Shown piece after piece: positions 48,001 through 63,045 of a stretch of 64,000 nucleotides of DNA. The notes under the pieces are model-generated. The model made no database searches. It saw only the letters and a list, made by a program, of their open reading frames with translations, and had not been told where the DNA came from. The number at the start of each line of letters is the position of its first letter. Position 1 is the first letter of the stretch. Location: positions 8,308,001 to 8,372,000 of the forward strand of contig JBHGNT010000009.1 in the NCBI GenBank assembly GCA_043228905.1, in the 5' to 3' direction. A program made the position numbers and the translations under genes. The stretch is from Azolla caroliniana. Lineage: Eukaryota > Plantae > Polypodiophyta.

Positions 48001-50520
48001 CTTTCTTTTTCATGAACAAAATAGGAGCTCCTACTGGTGATTTTGAGGGTTGAATAAAACCTTTTCAAGGTTCTTGTCGAGATAAATTCGGAGTTCCTGG
48101 AGTTCTGGTTCCGACAATCCATAAATTGGGCCGAAGGGAGGAGTGGCACCTTCTTGCAAATCGATTGGACAATTGTAGGGTCGATGCTCAGGCAAGCGAT
48201 CAACATTTTTTTTCTCAAACACATCCCTAAAGTCTTGATACTTGTACGATAGTGAGTCGGTAGTTGTCCTCATTGGATTGTTCGACTTAGAGACACTATG
48301 CACTATTTTCCTTGTTGTGACTTGGACGTGAGCATCTACCTTCGAGCTGATTCTTGCTTTAATGGGTGGGTGAGCGCATGAAACCGATTTGTGCCATATT
48401 GCTGTTGCAACATGAGATACTACTTGCACCTCTAAGCTAGTTTGGGAGAAAGTAATTGAGTGATTGCGCCAATCGACAAGTGGATTCTGTGCCTTTAGCC
48501 AAGACAAACCAAGGATGACTGGATGTCGCGGTGAAGTGATAACATAAAACGTTAAGACCTCCAGGTGGTCTCCAAGCTATAAGATAAGTGGGACAATGGC
48601 TTCGGTGACTGCTCCAGAAGAAAGCATGTGTTCATCGATAACTTCCATTGGGATTGGCTTGGACAATCGGACAACCGATAATTTGTGTTTATGAATGAAC
48701 CTTTCGTCCTAAAACACGTTGTTGCCCCAAAATCAAGAAGTGTTAAGGACCTAATTGAAATCAACTTGAAATGGATGCTTACCGGAAAGGAGAAATATTC
48801 AATCGATGTAGCCGAACTATGGGAGCAACACAAATGCGGATTGTCCAACCACGTGGGTCCTACTGTAGTTGGACACAGTCGTTTTCCGGTTGTTGGGGTC
48901 GTCTTGTCGTATTGTTTGTAGATATTTATCGTTGATTATTCTTGATTGGGTAGAAACGAATTAGATGGGTGGATGCACCACAATGTAAACATAGTCTGTT
49001 GGTTCAGCGATACCTCCATTCAGCCTCTGTGAGTGGTGGGGTGTGAGTTCGATCAAGTTCCATCAACACGGGGTCATCGTACAATGATGATGGAGGAGAT
49101 CTCAAAGAGGGTTGCCAACTTGAAGTTGCTCGTCCCTCTTGGCAAAGCTCAAACAACTGATTGTCACAACTAACTACTTGCGTGATGGCTTGCGACAAGG
49201 ACGTAGGCTTTGGAAAGTTGAGTACTAAATTTTTAATCTCGCTTTGAAGGTCCCGACGAAAATGGTCATAGAGCGCTTGGCCATCCCACTGAACATCACA
49301 TGCTAATTGTCTAAATTCGGAGGCATAAACGGATATCGGGCGCATACCTTGATAATAGAGTTTGGTAATGACAGTTCGGCACCGGTCTGTATCCCCAAAT
49401 GTTGCCTCAAACTCTGCCAAAAAGGCAGGATTTTGTAGAAGTGGTGATGAAGTTTCAACCAATGGTGTAAACCAGTTTGTGCAGCTCTTGACAAAAGGGT
49501 CCCTATGACCAACTTGACGAAAATCATCCGCATACATTTGAGGTTGTAGTGGGATAATAAGTTAAATCTAATTATGAACCCTTAGAAGTGCTTCCTCGTG
49601 CCATCAAACTTGTCAGGTAAACTAATCTTGGGCTCCATACTTGTAGTGGGATGGGGAGGAGTTGGAGAAAGAATAGATGAGGGACCAAGCTCTATCATGG
49701 ACAAGTAGATGTGGCTCAATACTAAGAGATAGGGGGGAGAGAGAAAATAGACAAAAGAACAAGAACTGAATTATGCTTTCGTAACTAGTGTTGTTCACCT
49801 TGATTGTAATCATGGTGCTACCATACAATAATACATACATAGATGTAGCTCAACTGGTAAGATTGCCCAATAAGACCAAAACATCATGGGTTTAACCCCC
49901 ACAATTCCATGTGGCATCTTGTTTATGACATAAAGCACCCTCCTCCTACTTTGTAATAAGTCGATTAATCTCCTTTTGCAATATACATCTTCTTGAGTAC
50001 TTTAATTCCTATCTTGTGTCTCTCTCCTCTCCTCTTCTCAAACACACACACACACACACACACACACAACACATCTCTAGCCTATTCCACTGCAGAGAAT
50101 CATCACCGATTCTTTACATATCTAAACCTCAGAGATTTTGATGTTAGATTTGATTTTTAAGACTTCGAATGTTTTTGAAGTTCTTGACGGGTTTGAGTTG
50201 GTTGGACTATTGTTTTGAGTCCTAAGTCGGTGGGGCTATAGTTTTGAGTCAAGCTTACTACACTGAGTCAGTGGGGCTACTGTGCCTAAGTAGGTCGAGC
50301 TACTACAATCAGAGAGTCGGGCTACTAGTGTCTAAGCTTGGCTATTGGAAACCCACATGCTTTTTTAGGTAAAGATCTGGCTCGCTCCAGATTCCTTCGT
50401 CAACCCATTTGGTAGCAAATAGACACGAGCTGTATGTATGTATGTATGTATGTATGTGTAAATGTAGAGAGAGACACATGTCATTGTTTGTTTGTGGAGT
50501 AGAAGTAGAAGAATCAGGAC

Positions 50521-53500
50521 ATGGAGGTTCTTTCACAAAAAGCGGGTATCTCTGTTACTGAGATTTCTACATCAGCTATGGTTCCTTCTCACCAGCGCCA
50601 ATTGATGCTTGTTGTGGAAGGAACTTCTGCTCTGGGTCAATCATGGAATTTGCTTCGCACTGAATACCTAGACAAGATTATCAGGTCATGGTTCCTTCTT
50701 TTTCTTCGTCTGTTACAATTATTATGATTTTATTTGAATATGCGTATAAAAATGATTCGTTCATCCAATGTGTCATTTGTTTTCTCCCTTTTTGCTTTAT
50801 ATCTCCATCATTTTTTTGTTTTAATTTGTGAAACTTGATGTATTTTACTACCAGATCTTTCTGTGGTTTTGATGGAATTGGCCAGGTATTTTCTTTCTCT
50901 TCATTACAGTTTAATTAAATTTCCCAAGCTTAAATAGGATTCATTTTTAAGTTTTGAAGCTTGATTCTGTTCAAAATTTTTTGTGAAGTGTAAGTTGAAT
51001 TATCAAATCTAAATATGGGTTTTTCTTTAATCATAAAATTCAATTCTATATCACTTCTAAAAGCTGCATATGCAAGCACTCCTTGTTTTATGTGTGTGGT
51101 TAACTTCAAAATAATAAAGATAGAACTATTGAGATATGTGTGTTTTGGTAGGCCTGGTATTTTCTTCAGAATCAGGCCATGGATGGGTTTCTGATGAACT
51201 CTTGACACTATTAATATAAACCCTTTTTATATCAGAAAGAAAAATAGAGAAAAGAGAAAAGGAAAACTTACCTATGTAGAATATGAATAAATGGCTATGA
51301 TCGTATAATTAGTGTTACTTTTAAGTTGTTTCTCAAACAGTGGAAACTTGAAATATATAGTTGTGATTTTAAAGCAGCAAATTTCTCAAGCATAACTACC
51401 TGATAAGAAATGTGTCTATTTAGAAGGTGTCAGCTATGGTCATAACTACCTCATACCCAAGTGAGGCTGTTCAACATCATCTATCAGAACTCTGTATTTT
51501 TCTCACAACACAATCTCAATAATTCAAAATATTGTGTATATGTAGAGTGTTCAGTTTTTCAGTCTTCTTTCAAAAAACTATCTCCCCGAGGCTCCACATC
51601 ATCCCAAGCTACAGTAGTATCTTCTAGGTTATTCTTATTTTCATCGGTTGCCTCACTTGTGTCTTACCAATCTGGGAGTGGGTAGTTCCATTTTTCAATG
51701 TTAGATGAGTAGCTGTGCATAGATTAGGTCTAGCTGTGGTTTTCTTCCCAGGTTCTAGATGCGCAATGAAATTGATTTAGAGACAGTGTTTACATGAGTT
51801 TTGAATTGATGACAACCATAATGAAAGACACAAACCTAGTGAGATCTTGGATGTAATGGGCAACAAAAATATACTGAAAAAGCTAGGAAAATGAATTCAT
51901 TCCATCAAAAGGTAAAATGTGACAACCTCAAGTAACACATGCCTTCAGCAATGAGTTCACAACCTACAATGCCCCAGAGTGGGCTAATATGAGACTATCA
52001 ATGTTATTATGCATTCAAGGCTTGTGTCAAACAAATAATGGGTAGTGCCCCCTCGAATGTCACTCATTTCTCCGGCAGAAATGACCATTGGTCAAGCACA
52101 CACATGCCAGTGGCAATTTCTCACAACCTTCAATGTGCCCCTGATTGAGTTTATATGAGACTGTATCCAAGTGTGTCATGCACCAAACATTCTGGATTTT
52201 TATGAGGGAGACATTTATGGACATTCCCTTCTCCAGCAGTAGTGTCAGCTTTCATGGACTCCCTCTTCAATAGAGCTTCATCATACTTAGTGATGGTAGC
52301 ATATACAACATCTTAGCCAACAATTTCTTACACAGAATCTTGACCCTTGTCGTGAATATGTCAGCTCATTGAATTGGGCTAAGTGGTTGACGCTAATTAT
52401 ATATGTTAGCTCCTTGAATTGGGCTCTGATGCATGCTTGTCAAGTTGGCTTCAGTAACTCGGACAACATTGGAGTTTTGTTGAGAAAAGACAAAAAAGTA
52501 ACTTGGGAAAACTGTATGATGTGTTCTCTCAAGTTTCGAAACAAGATTGAATGCCCCATAATTCTGAAAAAATAATGTAATGCACAAGGTAAGGAGCCAG
52601 TAATTTATGATTCAGTTCAGCTGAAGTCCAAAAAGTTTCATCCATCTTCAAATATGTACATATTACAAGCAATTTCAACTCTTGGGTTCCAAACCTTGCA
52701 CCTCTGTAACTGTCATAGCTGTACCTCATCAATGGGCCTTGTTTCTATGACAGCAAAGTTTTTCACACAAGGTCACAGAATGAAATATAGAACAGATCTA
52801 AGTTGGTCTAGTTCAGAGATAAAAGTTTCTTTTTATGGAAGTCCCCATTAATATGCAACCCTGATTGATAAAAAATCAGCCCTGCGGACTCACCCAAAAC
52901 CATGCATTCTTGGTTTCTTTGTTCATAAAATTTATGTGGAGTCTGAAAACATCCATTATGTGCTTGGTTTCCATTCGTTATGTTTTACAATTATGTTATT
53001 TGCTCTTCTTCTGGCAGCAGAAAAATTCAAGTTCACAGGCAGAGATGGCCCTGGTGGTTTTCTACAGCCATGGTTCACACAACTGTAAGCTTCTACCTTC
53101 CTACATGTTCTGCAATCATATTAATGTCGATTTGTTTTCCTGACACATCTACCTTATAATGGGTCATGGCTAAAATTTAACCCCAAGATCTCTATTTGGG
53201 TAGAGACAACAGGGTTCTGTAATTTGAATAAATAAACTGAAATAACATGCTGTTTATCTTTATGAGTTTTTTTAGCACCTGGAAAAACCACAACCTGATA
53301 AGCACTTGTTGCATGATAGCATGTTTATTGCATCAAACCAGCTGGACAACAAATCTGGATCTGTTTTCCAAGTGGCTCTCTAGCATAAACTTTTCTGGTG
53401 GAGGGTTTGGTGAGGCAGCAATTGCAGAAGGATTAGCTGAGGCATTACTGGTAGGTTATTGTAGATTTTGTCATAGAAGAGTCTGTTATTATATTTGGCT

Positions 53501-54846
53501 GAGTTGGTGGTGTAATACTAGTAAAAAATATCAAATTTTGCCCATTGTAATTAGGTGTAATATTGACTATGCCCATAGGATTTTTTGATATATCACTATA
53601 TGACCCTGGTAAAAGAGTTGGGAATTCTCCCAATAATTGACCTATGAAAAGCTACAGGGTTTATAATTACTCTCTATATCGGATCAGAAATGAATCTGAT
53701 GGATAGATTAATTATAAACCTTATAATTTTTACTGGGAAAATGGACCACTTTTTAACTAGGGAGACTGTTTTTCCAGAAATACCAAGGTACAGTGTTGTT
53801 TCAATAGTCAATATTGCTCATAATACAAAGGCGAATTTGCTATTTTCCCTTAATACTATCATCCTAGATTTTCTCACAGTAAACCCTGCTGTATATACAT
53901 TGCTCAGTTATGTTCTAATACTATTTGTAGATGTGCTGCCCGACTCCTGCCACCAGTCCAATTTCTCAAGTAATAGAGAGACAAAAACACTGTATTCTTG
54001 TGGCTGCATCAAACCCACATCGCCTCCCAACAGCCATTCCTAGACCATCTGTACACAATCTAATACAGCCTAGCACAAACAGTGATCCATCTGCTATGGA
54101 GCATTGGTGGCTTGCTGATGCTGATACTGTGGCCAAAGCTTTTTCCCAGGTAGTTTTTTACATCTAACAGTTTGGCACCTACAATATAGAAACTGTCCTC
54201 ATGCTTCTTTCTTTTTCTTTCACAGTGTAGTGTATCTTTATCTGTGATCTCTCCAAGGCAGCTTCATTCACTCAGGTCTATATTTAATGGGGTGAGTACT
54301 AAATGCTCATTTTCACACTTTGATTCAAGTGACCTCTTTTCTATGAGAAATATATCATGTCTTCCATATTTGCTTGTATGTGACTACACTATATACTAAC
54401 AGAAGAATTTCTTTTCTGGATATTTTAAAACATCTAACTTTTAATTTTGAAAAAGAAACAATTTTAAACGTGCATATTGCTCTACAAAGACCACAATCTA
54501 CTGTTGGTCAAGAATGGTTTCTTGAATCACCATTTCCAATCACAAGAATATTTTTAAGAATGAAAACTTGAGAAGTTGCAAGAATGATATTTTCAATTTT
54601 GCAATATACTGGATTAGCTAGTCTCCTGAAACTGTCGCTATATTGATAATCTATTATTGATATCACATACCCAATCAAAGCTTGCAGTTTAAGTGTTGCA
54701 TAAGTATCCAACAGCTTTCTTATCTCAAGGGATGAGAATATTAATTTATATCACATAACATGGAACAAAGTGCACACACGTAAATATACATATACAAAAC
54801 ATATTTACATACCTATATTCAATCTTGTGCATATATATAATAATAA

Positions 54847-54921
<75 letters not shown>

Positions 54922-57900
54922 TGCTTACGTGAAAGTCTTAAAACTCTCACAAGAATTCTGAGAAAGAAAAACTCATATACTCGAAAGAAAGCAAGTGCAA
55001 TTATTAAGTGGCTACGAGCACTCTGACATCACAGAATATAGATTTTCTTTCAGTAGCTGCAGTCATATCCTACTCCCTGCAAGTCACATTCTTTATCATG
55101 GAAAAGTGGGAAGTTTGTCTGTCTTCAGAAGTGGTGAAATGTAGTTTGTTTTATATTGGCACTATACCTACTCATTATTATGCATGAATCTGGAGTTCTT
55201 GATCGGCACACCTAAATGATGAATATCTGTAGTTTGCGGTATGTGTTTGCAGACCTCTCTTATTTTTTAGCAATAATTATATACTGGTGCAAAACCTTAA
55301 TGTGAAGTGAAAACCCACAAAATAAGGATTGAGAAATGTACAAAGTGTCAAGTAGACAATAAAGTTCTTAGAAACACTTAAAGTAAAGAAGGTAAGCTTC
55401 AAGTGGGATGTCCCCAAGTTGAGCAAACCAAAATAAACGTAACTAAGTAAAAAGTAAATAGAAATAGAATTAAGGCGTGACTAAAGAATTTTTTCATCTA
55501 TAGATGTAAGATTCTCAAGTCAGATATATTGCACTTTTTGTTTTCGAAGGATCTCTAGTATAGGTTTATCCAAAATGGAGAGGTCACCGAAGTGAGGGAA
55601 GCACTTGAGATGGTGGGAGATAATGGCCTTTATTTATGGATGACAAGTGTGATGAGATAATGGTCCATGAGGCCAGGACCTACGCTCACATCTAATTGCT
55701 ATTGCCCGATCTATTGTAACCCCTTTGCAAGCATGGGCAGACATGATGGGGTCAAAGAAAGCGGTGAATGCTCTTTGTTTATGAGTTTGTGTGGCTGCAT
55801 AGTTGTCCTTCAACAATGTTTCCTTGTGTCTTTTGAGTTCATGATAGAAAAGTTGTAAGCACCATTGGTCGTCATATTCCATTACCTTGCGTAGTGGCCC
55901 GAATCCTTGCTTAAAGTGGCAATGATATCTCCCTCTTATTTCATTAAAAACAGCGCAATGGCAAACATATTGTTGTTCAGATTTCACTCCCTGATGACAC
56001 AATTGGCAAAATTTTTCTTCTAGAGGTATTTGCGTATATCTGCATACCTCAATATCTAACTGATAGAAGTGCACAACTGCCCTATCACACTGCTCCGCAC
56101 ATAGGATAGATGTATGTCCATATAAGAGGGCCTAATGATGAATCCATCCTCAGATGTGTGTAAAACGTTTCTCATAGTGGACATCTTCTTACCAAGAGAT
56201 GTGGGACTGATTGATGTTTTTCTGGTTTCCAACTTGATTATATCAGTTTGGATCACTCTATTCTTTTCCACTTTGATCATGTTTTGAAGGGGACAATCCA
56301 AGCTATATTGGAGTGGGGGTAGTGCATTTATTTTTATGCCATGTGCCTCGAACCATTTGGATACTAGTCACTAATCAGAGTAATGCCTCGATGATTATTG
56401 GTGCTGTTGCTATCTCTGCCCAGATTGTATCATGGGGCACTGATACTTTGCTCTTTATCATGCGAGCAATCATTGAGAGAAAAGGTCTCTCTAAATCTTT
56501 CCAATTATTAGCCTTGTTGAGACTCGGTCCCCAGGTTTCTACTCCATAGCAAAAAGAGTGAAAGATATATTAACATCTTTTAGGAGGGCAAAAGGGCTCA
56601 TAACACCAATCAAGACATTACATCTTAATTGTTGTTCTCATCTTCGAGAAGAATAAACCAAAATAAATGTTATTAAGTGAAAACATTGGTGTGATAAGTG
56701 TTTTGAATAGGCACAATTTAGTTCGTGGCTTTTGGAATTGGAAATGTACACATTGTGTTTCAAAAGCAGCAAGGGTTGATATCCACGAGAGAATCGAGCA
56801 CAAGCAGCCTCAGATAAGGAGAATGAAGCCCCTTTGAATGGTGCGCTTAGCTACATGTAAGATCATGTGTATGCCACCTTTTTCTCTCCCAAAAAGAACT
56901 CTGGTTCTGATCTTGTTACCCATGCTTGTGTGGTGTTAAACACCATCACTTTAGTTTTATCTTTGTTTACTAGCAGACCTTTGTTTGTACAAAATACTTT
57001 CAAGGCATTTAGATGCCTTTGTAGTCCTTCCGGAATGTCGGAGATCAGCACAATATTAACATATAGTAACATTTGTATGGCTATACCTGCGAGACGTGCC
57101 GAACCCCGAAATCTCTGTATGTAATGTGACACCTCATCATATAGAGGCCAAAGAGAGTGAGTGATAGTGGACATCTTTGTTCACAGTCTCCGACAACCCA
57201 TTGGGAGACTGTACCTTTCCTCACACATGTATTAATATAGTGCATAGATTCCCCAGTGTGTATCTTTCGGTCCAAGGGCTTCTAGCCTTTGCATGAACCA
57301 AGCGCTTGGTACAGCATCAAAGGCTTAATGGAAATCCACAAAGCAACAATAAATCCTCTTATTATGGACTCTTCTCTCCTCGATAAGGGCTCAGAAGGTC
57401 AATATGTGATCCATAGTTGTGAACCCTTCCAAAAGCCTGCCTGTCCAGATGAAATGCAGCCATTTCTCTGTGCTCATAGACTGAAAACTCTAGGATCGAG
57501 CCATATAGTTTAGCCAAGCATTTGCCAATCATGGGGTCTCCACTCTTGAAGATTGGCACAATGGTATGTTCTGTCCAGCTAGTTGGGAAACCTTCACATA
57601 GCTCTATTAAAGAGTGCAAGCAAGGGATCTAGCTATCACAGGCATAGATAAAGAACTCACCTACCAATCCCTCATGATCTTGGGCCTTCCCAAATTGTAA
57701 GCAATCAATGGCGTTTCTAACATTTTGTGGGGTAAAAATGCTGGATTCACGTGGACGTGAGCCATGTGGGTGGGGGAGTTGTTGCTGCCTGGGGATAGCA
57801 TATAGTAGCTTTGCATATTCGTGCCACACCTGAGGTGAGGTCAGTTGTGTGGTAGGTTGCCTTTCATTAAACATTTTCCAGCCTCTTTTACTTTCTTGTC

Positions 57901-60900
57901 CAAGGAACAAGCAATACATTTGATCTTCAAATTTAGCTAAATATGATTTCTTCTTCTTCCTCACGAGCCATTGGAAGATTGCTCTTGCTTGTTTGTGTGT
58001 ATAAATCTGCCGAGTTACTTCACGTTGTAAGGATCTCTTGGTATCAAGACATTCTCATCATACCAACTGTTTTGTATGATTCAACTCAGTTTGGGTTCAT
58101 TGCCTGTTCTGTGGGGAAAGGCGTTGTGACTGCTTTATGCAATGTGACTTCAATAATCCTTGTGTTAACTTTGTTAAGGGGTGTGAAAGGATCCAATTCT
58201 AGAATGCCATTATGTATTCCATAACTAAACACGTCAACTATCTCCCAAATAAATTGGTACTTAGCCAGCCCACTATCCTGTTTAGCATACTCATCCCTTG
58301 TGCATGCATCCTTCACCTCAAAGTGTAGATATGCATGATCTGCTGCCAAACGAATAGGTCTACTAGAGATAGTGAATTATGTTATTACGGGTATAAGACA
58401 TGGAGATCCCATCAGGTAATCAAGGGTGCTTGCACCACCTTTTGGCTTCCAACAGGTCAAAGCATCTGATCTGAGGCATTGTGTCTAACCATGATATATC
58501 ACATATCCATGTGCACTTCAAAGGATAGAAAGTGTTTTACATATTCTGTTACTTCACACATATCTTGAGCTTGTCACTTTAGACCAACTCCTTTTGCCAT
58601 AACTTCTCTGTACATAGCTTTGCTGGTGTCAAACATTGTTCATCTTTAGTTCGGGCATGGAAGTCTTCTAATAGTATTATATCCCCCATAGCAGAAAATC
58701 TTATGATATCATCATATAATGGTAGATATGGCGATTCTTTGCGATGTGCCACTTGAGCTAGAGGAGGTCATCTAAACATATTTTGTCCTCCTTGAGTGCC
58801 CTTCTGTTGGATAGGAAAGCTTTTTTCTTTTCGATATCCATGAAGCGGATGATCACGGCTTAGATCTAGACTGATCTCTTCCCACATATTCTAAATCTTT
58901 TCCATTAGAGGAAATTGACATTTCTTGACAGCCACATGGAATCTGTCCAAACAACCAAAAGTCTTGCCTAAATCTTTGCACACCCCTCTCCATCTGGGGT
59001 TTTATTAACCTAATTTTTTGTGTCTGTAATTCAAGTTTTCTTTTGTTTCTGGAACAGGCCAAGCGAAATACACGAGTACCAGACCAACCATTGGACGTTC
59101 CAAAGTATTCCCACATGATTCTTATATCAGAAAATTTTATGGAAGCTCGTCTCTCATTAACCCATACGGCAGGCTCATTATTGGCTGTTTCTCCATTATC
59201 TTTACCCAAGACAGAGCCTAGTTTGATCACATCCCTGCCTTCTGCAGCACCTGCACCTGTACCAATAATGCCAAGATCAGCTGCTTCAGGTCTGTCTGAA
59301 GCTATTCTAATTAACTATTAAGTGTCATGATTTACTTTGGGATAATACTCATGACTGGATTTATGTATTGTAGGGATGATTGCAGGGCGCTCTGGTACAG
59401 CTAATGGTATTATGCCTGCAGTGACTGTTAAGATGGTATACCTTTACACCATTTTTATTATTGCACGGTAACCACATGTAAAGAAACTGTTTCCGGATTC
59501 ATATTTGTGAATCTAATGGTTTAAGAAGGCATGTTTCTAAGGAATCCTTTGAGTTGTTGTCCATGATTGCTGATACGTATTTGAGCCACTTTGGCCCTTA
59601 AAATTGGGTTGGATTGGATCCCAAGGGTCCTTTGGGGCTCAATAGAAAAATTTGCAAACGTCTTATGTATCTTAATGTGCTTGTTAATTTCAACAATGTA
59701 AAATTGTTTTAATCTCACATATTCTAGATCGTAACATGTATAGCTGCCATCATGAATTGTGACTTAGATACCTAAGTAGTAACAGGTATTGACATACACG
59801 CATTATGTGTGCACCAGGAAGCATCATCTATTCCAGCCGTATCTGCTGCATCTGGAATGTCACCACTCCTTCAAAATCCTGTGTCTGTATCGTCAAGTCA
59901 AGAGTCCATCTTAGTTCCAGATTCAACTACAGCACAGGATTTCAAGCCCATGGTAAATGGTCCTACACCATCACTTCGTCCAGGACTTGTTAGTGGAAAT
60001 ACCAGCCTCTCAATGAACCCTTCACAGCCTCGGCCGATCCTAAGCACAACAGCTGGTACTTTATTTTTGGTGACTACCTTTGAGGAGCTAACATACAAGT
60101 TCTAAACTTCCTTAGAGAAATTATGGTATTTTAGAGACATTAACATATGCATAATTTGTTTCTTTCTTTGTTTAACTCCAGGAGCTACTACTCCCTCTGG
60201 CCTATCTATGACAACGATGCTGTCATCTAACTCAGGATCCAGTGCCGTAACACCATTACCAAGTCTTGGAATTGCACAAAGTGCACTGGGACTTCCCAAT
60301 AGCCAGGTAAGTATTGGTGCTGGAATGGGTATGACACAATCAGTGGGAACTGTTGGCTTCAACAATGCAAATAATGTGGGTGGACACACAAACACAGCAG
60401 CAACTGCAGTGGGATCAATCGGGAGCAGTGCTGCAAATATGCAAGTTGTAGGTATGGGTGCAGGACAAGGAGCTATTGCGGCTACAAATATTCAAAATGT
60501 AGCAGGTGGGCATGTTGTGAACCATAATGTGTTACCAAGTCTTGGTCAAATGGGTGCCAACTCAGTTAATGCACAAGCTATTATGCCTACTCCTCAAATG
60601 CCAACAGTCAGTAATAATGCTCTTCAAGTGCCCAGTGCTGTAACTACACCTCCGCAACAGCCACCAAATGCAGCTCCTAAATATGCAAAAATATGGGATG
60701 TAAGTTTTTTTAAGTTTCATACTTGAATCTTCATTACCTTTGCAGTATATTACTAATAATGATTCTTTTTTAGGGTATGCTAATTGGGCAACGCCAAGGA
60801 AAACCAGTGTTCATATGCAAATTGGAAGTAAGTCTTACTGCTCAATTTTTATTGGCCACAATTTTGTTTGCATCATGCTTTTATATTTTCATTTGCTGCT

Positions 60901-62947
60901 GGTCTCTGATATTGGTTTTTTGGCGCAGGCTTATAGGCAGAATACTTCACCTGAAACGTATGATCTCAAACTGCTTTTTTAGTGAACTTTATTGACACAT
61001 GAAATAGCTCACTGGTATCGTTAACCATAACCAGGTGTATGAGGACATGCATGATGTTCTTTCATAGACCTCCAAGCATTTTGCCACCATCATAGTAGAA
61101 ATACATTGCTTAGACATTTTTATTCGCTTGTTGATAGTACTCTATATCATTAACATACGTACTCTCTCAATTTGAAACCGATGATTAAGCAGAACCTCTT
61201 CATTAGTAGCAGGTTACTTATTTGGTAATGCATCTGTGTGGCTAATTCAAGTTTGTGACCCTCTAATATAAAACCTCCCAACTGTGTCTATAGAGATCCC
61301 CTCTACTGTCAGGATATTTTGTCTGTCTATAGATGGAATAATTATACAAGACTTTTGGTGCCTATTCTATTTCTATATGGTTAACTCACTTTATGTTCCA
61401 TGTGCGTACAACATTTTAAGCAACTTTCTTTTTATTTGGAACCATTTTTGAACCTATTTTCTTGTTGTACGGAAGTTGAGAAAAGAAACATTTCTGTTGC
61501 ATACCTTTGTTGAATTTTTAGAATCAGATAAAAGGATATTACTTGCTTGACTATGTTCTATCCACAGGCTTGCTGCTGATTGGCCGAAACAAATGCAAGT
61601 GTGTAGGTTGATTACCCAGGATCACATGAACAGCAAGTATGCTTCGTATGGAGTCCCATTTCATTCAATGAGAGCAAATTTAACTTTTAATCTAGCAGTC
61701 TTCCCAGATTGATTAAGATTTCTTCTGGCTGTTCAGAAATTATCATGGAAAAGCTGAACTACTTATTTTCAGAACAATGGGACAACAAGGACAACAAGGG
61801 TTTTTGGTTCAATTGGCAGAGAGCAAGCTGGTATATATGTTATATAACTGATGGGTGTAAAACATCTACTTTCAGGGTCTTTATATGCATTCATTCATCT
61901 TTATCTTGGTCTCTGCAGTATTGAGTTAAGTTCCTTTTAAAAACAGCTTTTCTAAAGAAGTGACCATGCTAACATTACGCTTAGGATCAAACCATGTCTT
62001 TAGGGTTTTGGGTCTAAGTAAGTGCTCGAAAGACCTACTCAGTATAAATTGAAGAAAATCATTTTGACAGTGTGCAGTAATACAATTACCATCTCAGACA
62101 CTTTTGCTAGCAAGTACTGATGCAAAGAAGCAGGACCGAATGCTTGGCATGCTATTTCCCGGGGTATGTTCTCTTTCCTAAACTCATTGTGACATGGACT
62201 TAAAGCAAACACGAGTTGTGATAAATAGGCTTTCTGGGGATGAAATAGTACTTATTAGCACGCACAAAAACAAACAAAAATGTGAAATAAGGTATTGAGA
62301 TACCCTCTGGTGGTATAGCAATTTAATTTTGAATGCCATCTTTATGTGTCACTTTAGGTGACATTAGCATTCAGTAAAAAATATATAACGATGAGAGTTT
62401 GCTATAACTTATTTAGCATCATGATCTTTCAAGTTAATTATGTTTCCCATTATGTTCCATCCCAAATAATGTAGCTGGGACTTGTAGCTAGAGCTCTCAG
62501 GTACACTCTTCTTCATAATAGAAATACCGAATCATGACAACCACGCTCTTTCCATTGCATGCTGTAGAATGTGTTCCTAGTTGAAAATCTTCAATCAGAT
62601 AATACTAATAATAAGACACTAAAAAAGTCCAAGGATAAGGCATGGAAACTAAAATACCGCATGTCACAGATCACCTGGCATCAGCCCTTCTGGGTTTACT
62701 ATCCTAGTCTCACAGATTCTCCTCTACATCTCTATACAACAAATGAGGTTTAAACCTCCCTTTATAGGGCTCTGGTCAAATTGGTTGTTTGCAAACTTGT
62801 GTGCCTAGATATTGAATATTAATACCAGCTGTTATGGATATAACAAAATGCTAGTGCTAAAAAAGTTATGGTCATTTCATGTACTAGGATATGGTGGTTT
62901 TCAAGCCTCAGGTATCAAGTCAGCCACAGCCACAGCCACAGCCACAA

Positions 62948-63045
<98 letters not shown>

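Larger units (their letters stand above)
28464..49930 (-). mobile_element. Decayed chromoviral Gypsy element C, hosting D, E and F
   Basis: Termini TGTCAT...ATGACA with TSD TAAAG on both sides. 3' LTR 28464..28934 with PPT. Deleted 5' LTR about 49718..49930. Gag, protease, RT, RNase H and integrase fragments at 45993..49640. Integrase tail and chromodomain remnant at 28950..29487. Confidence 0.9.

Noticed and set aside
51700-52800. Possible TE relic in MED25 intron 2
   Set aside because: No recognisable protein motif or terminal structure.
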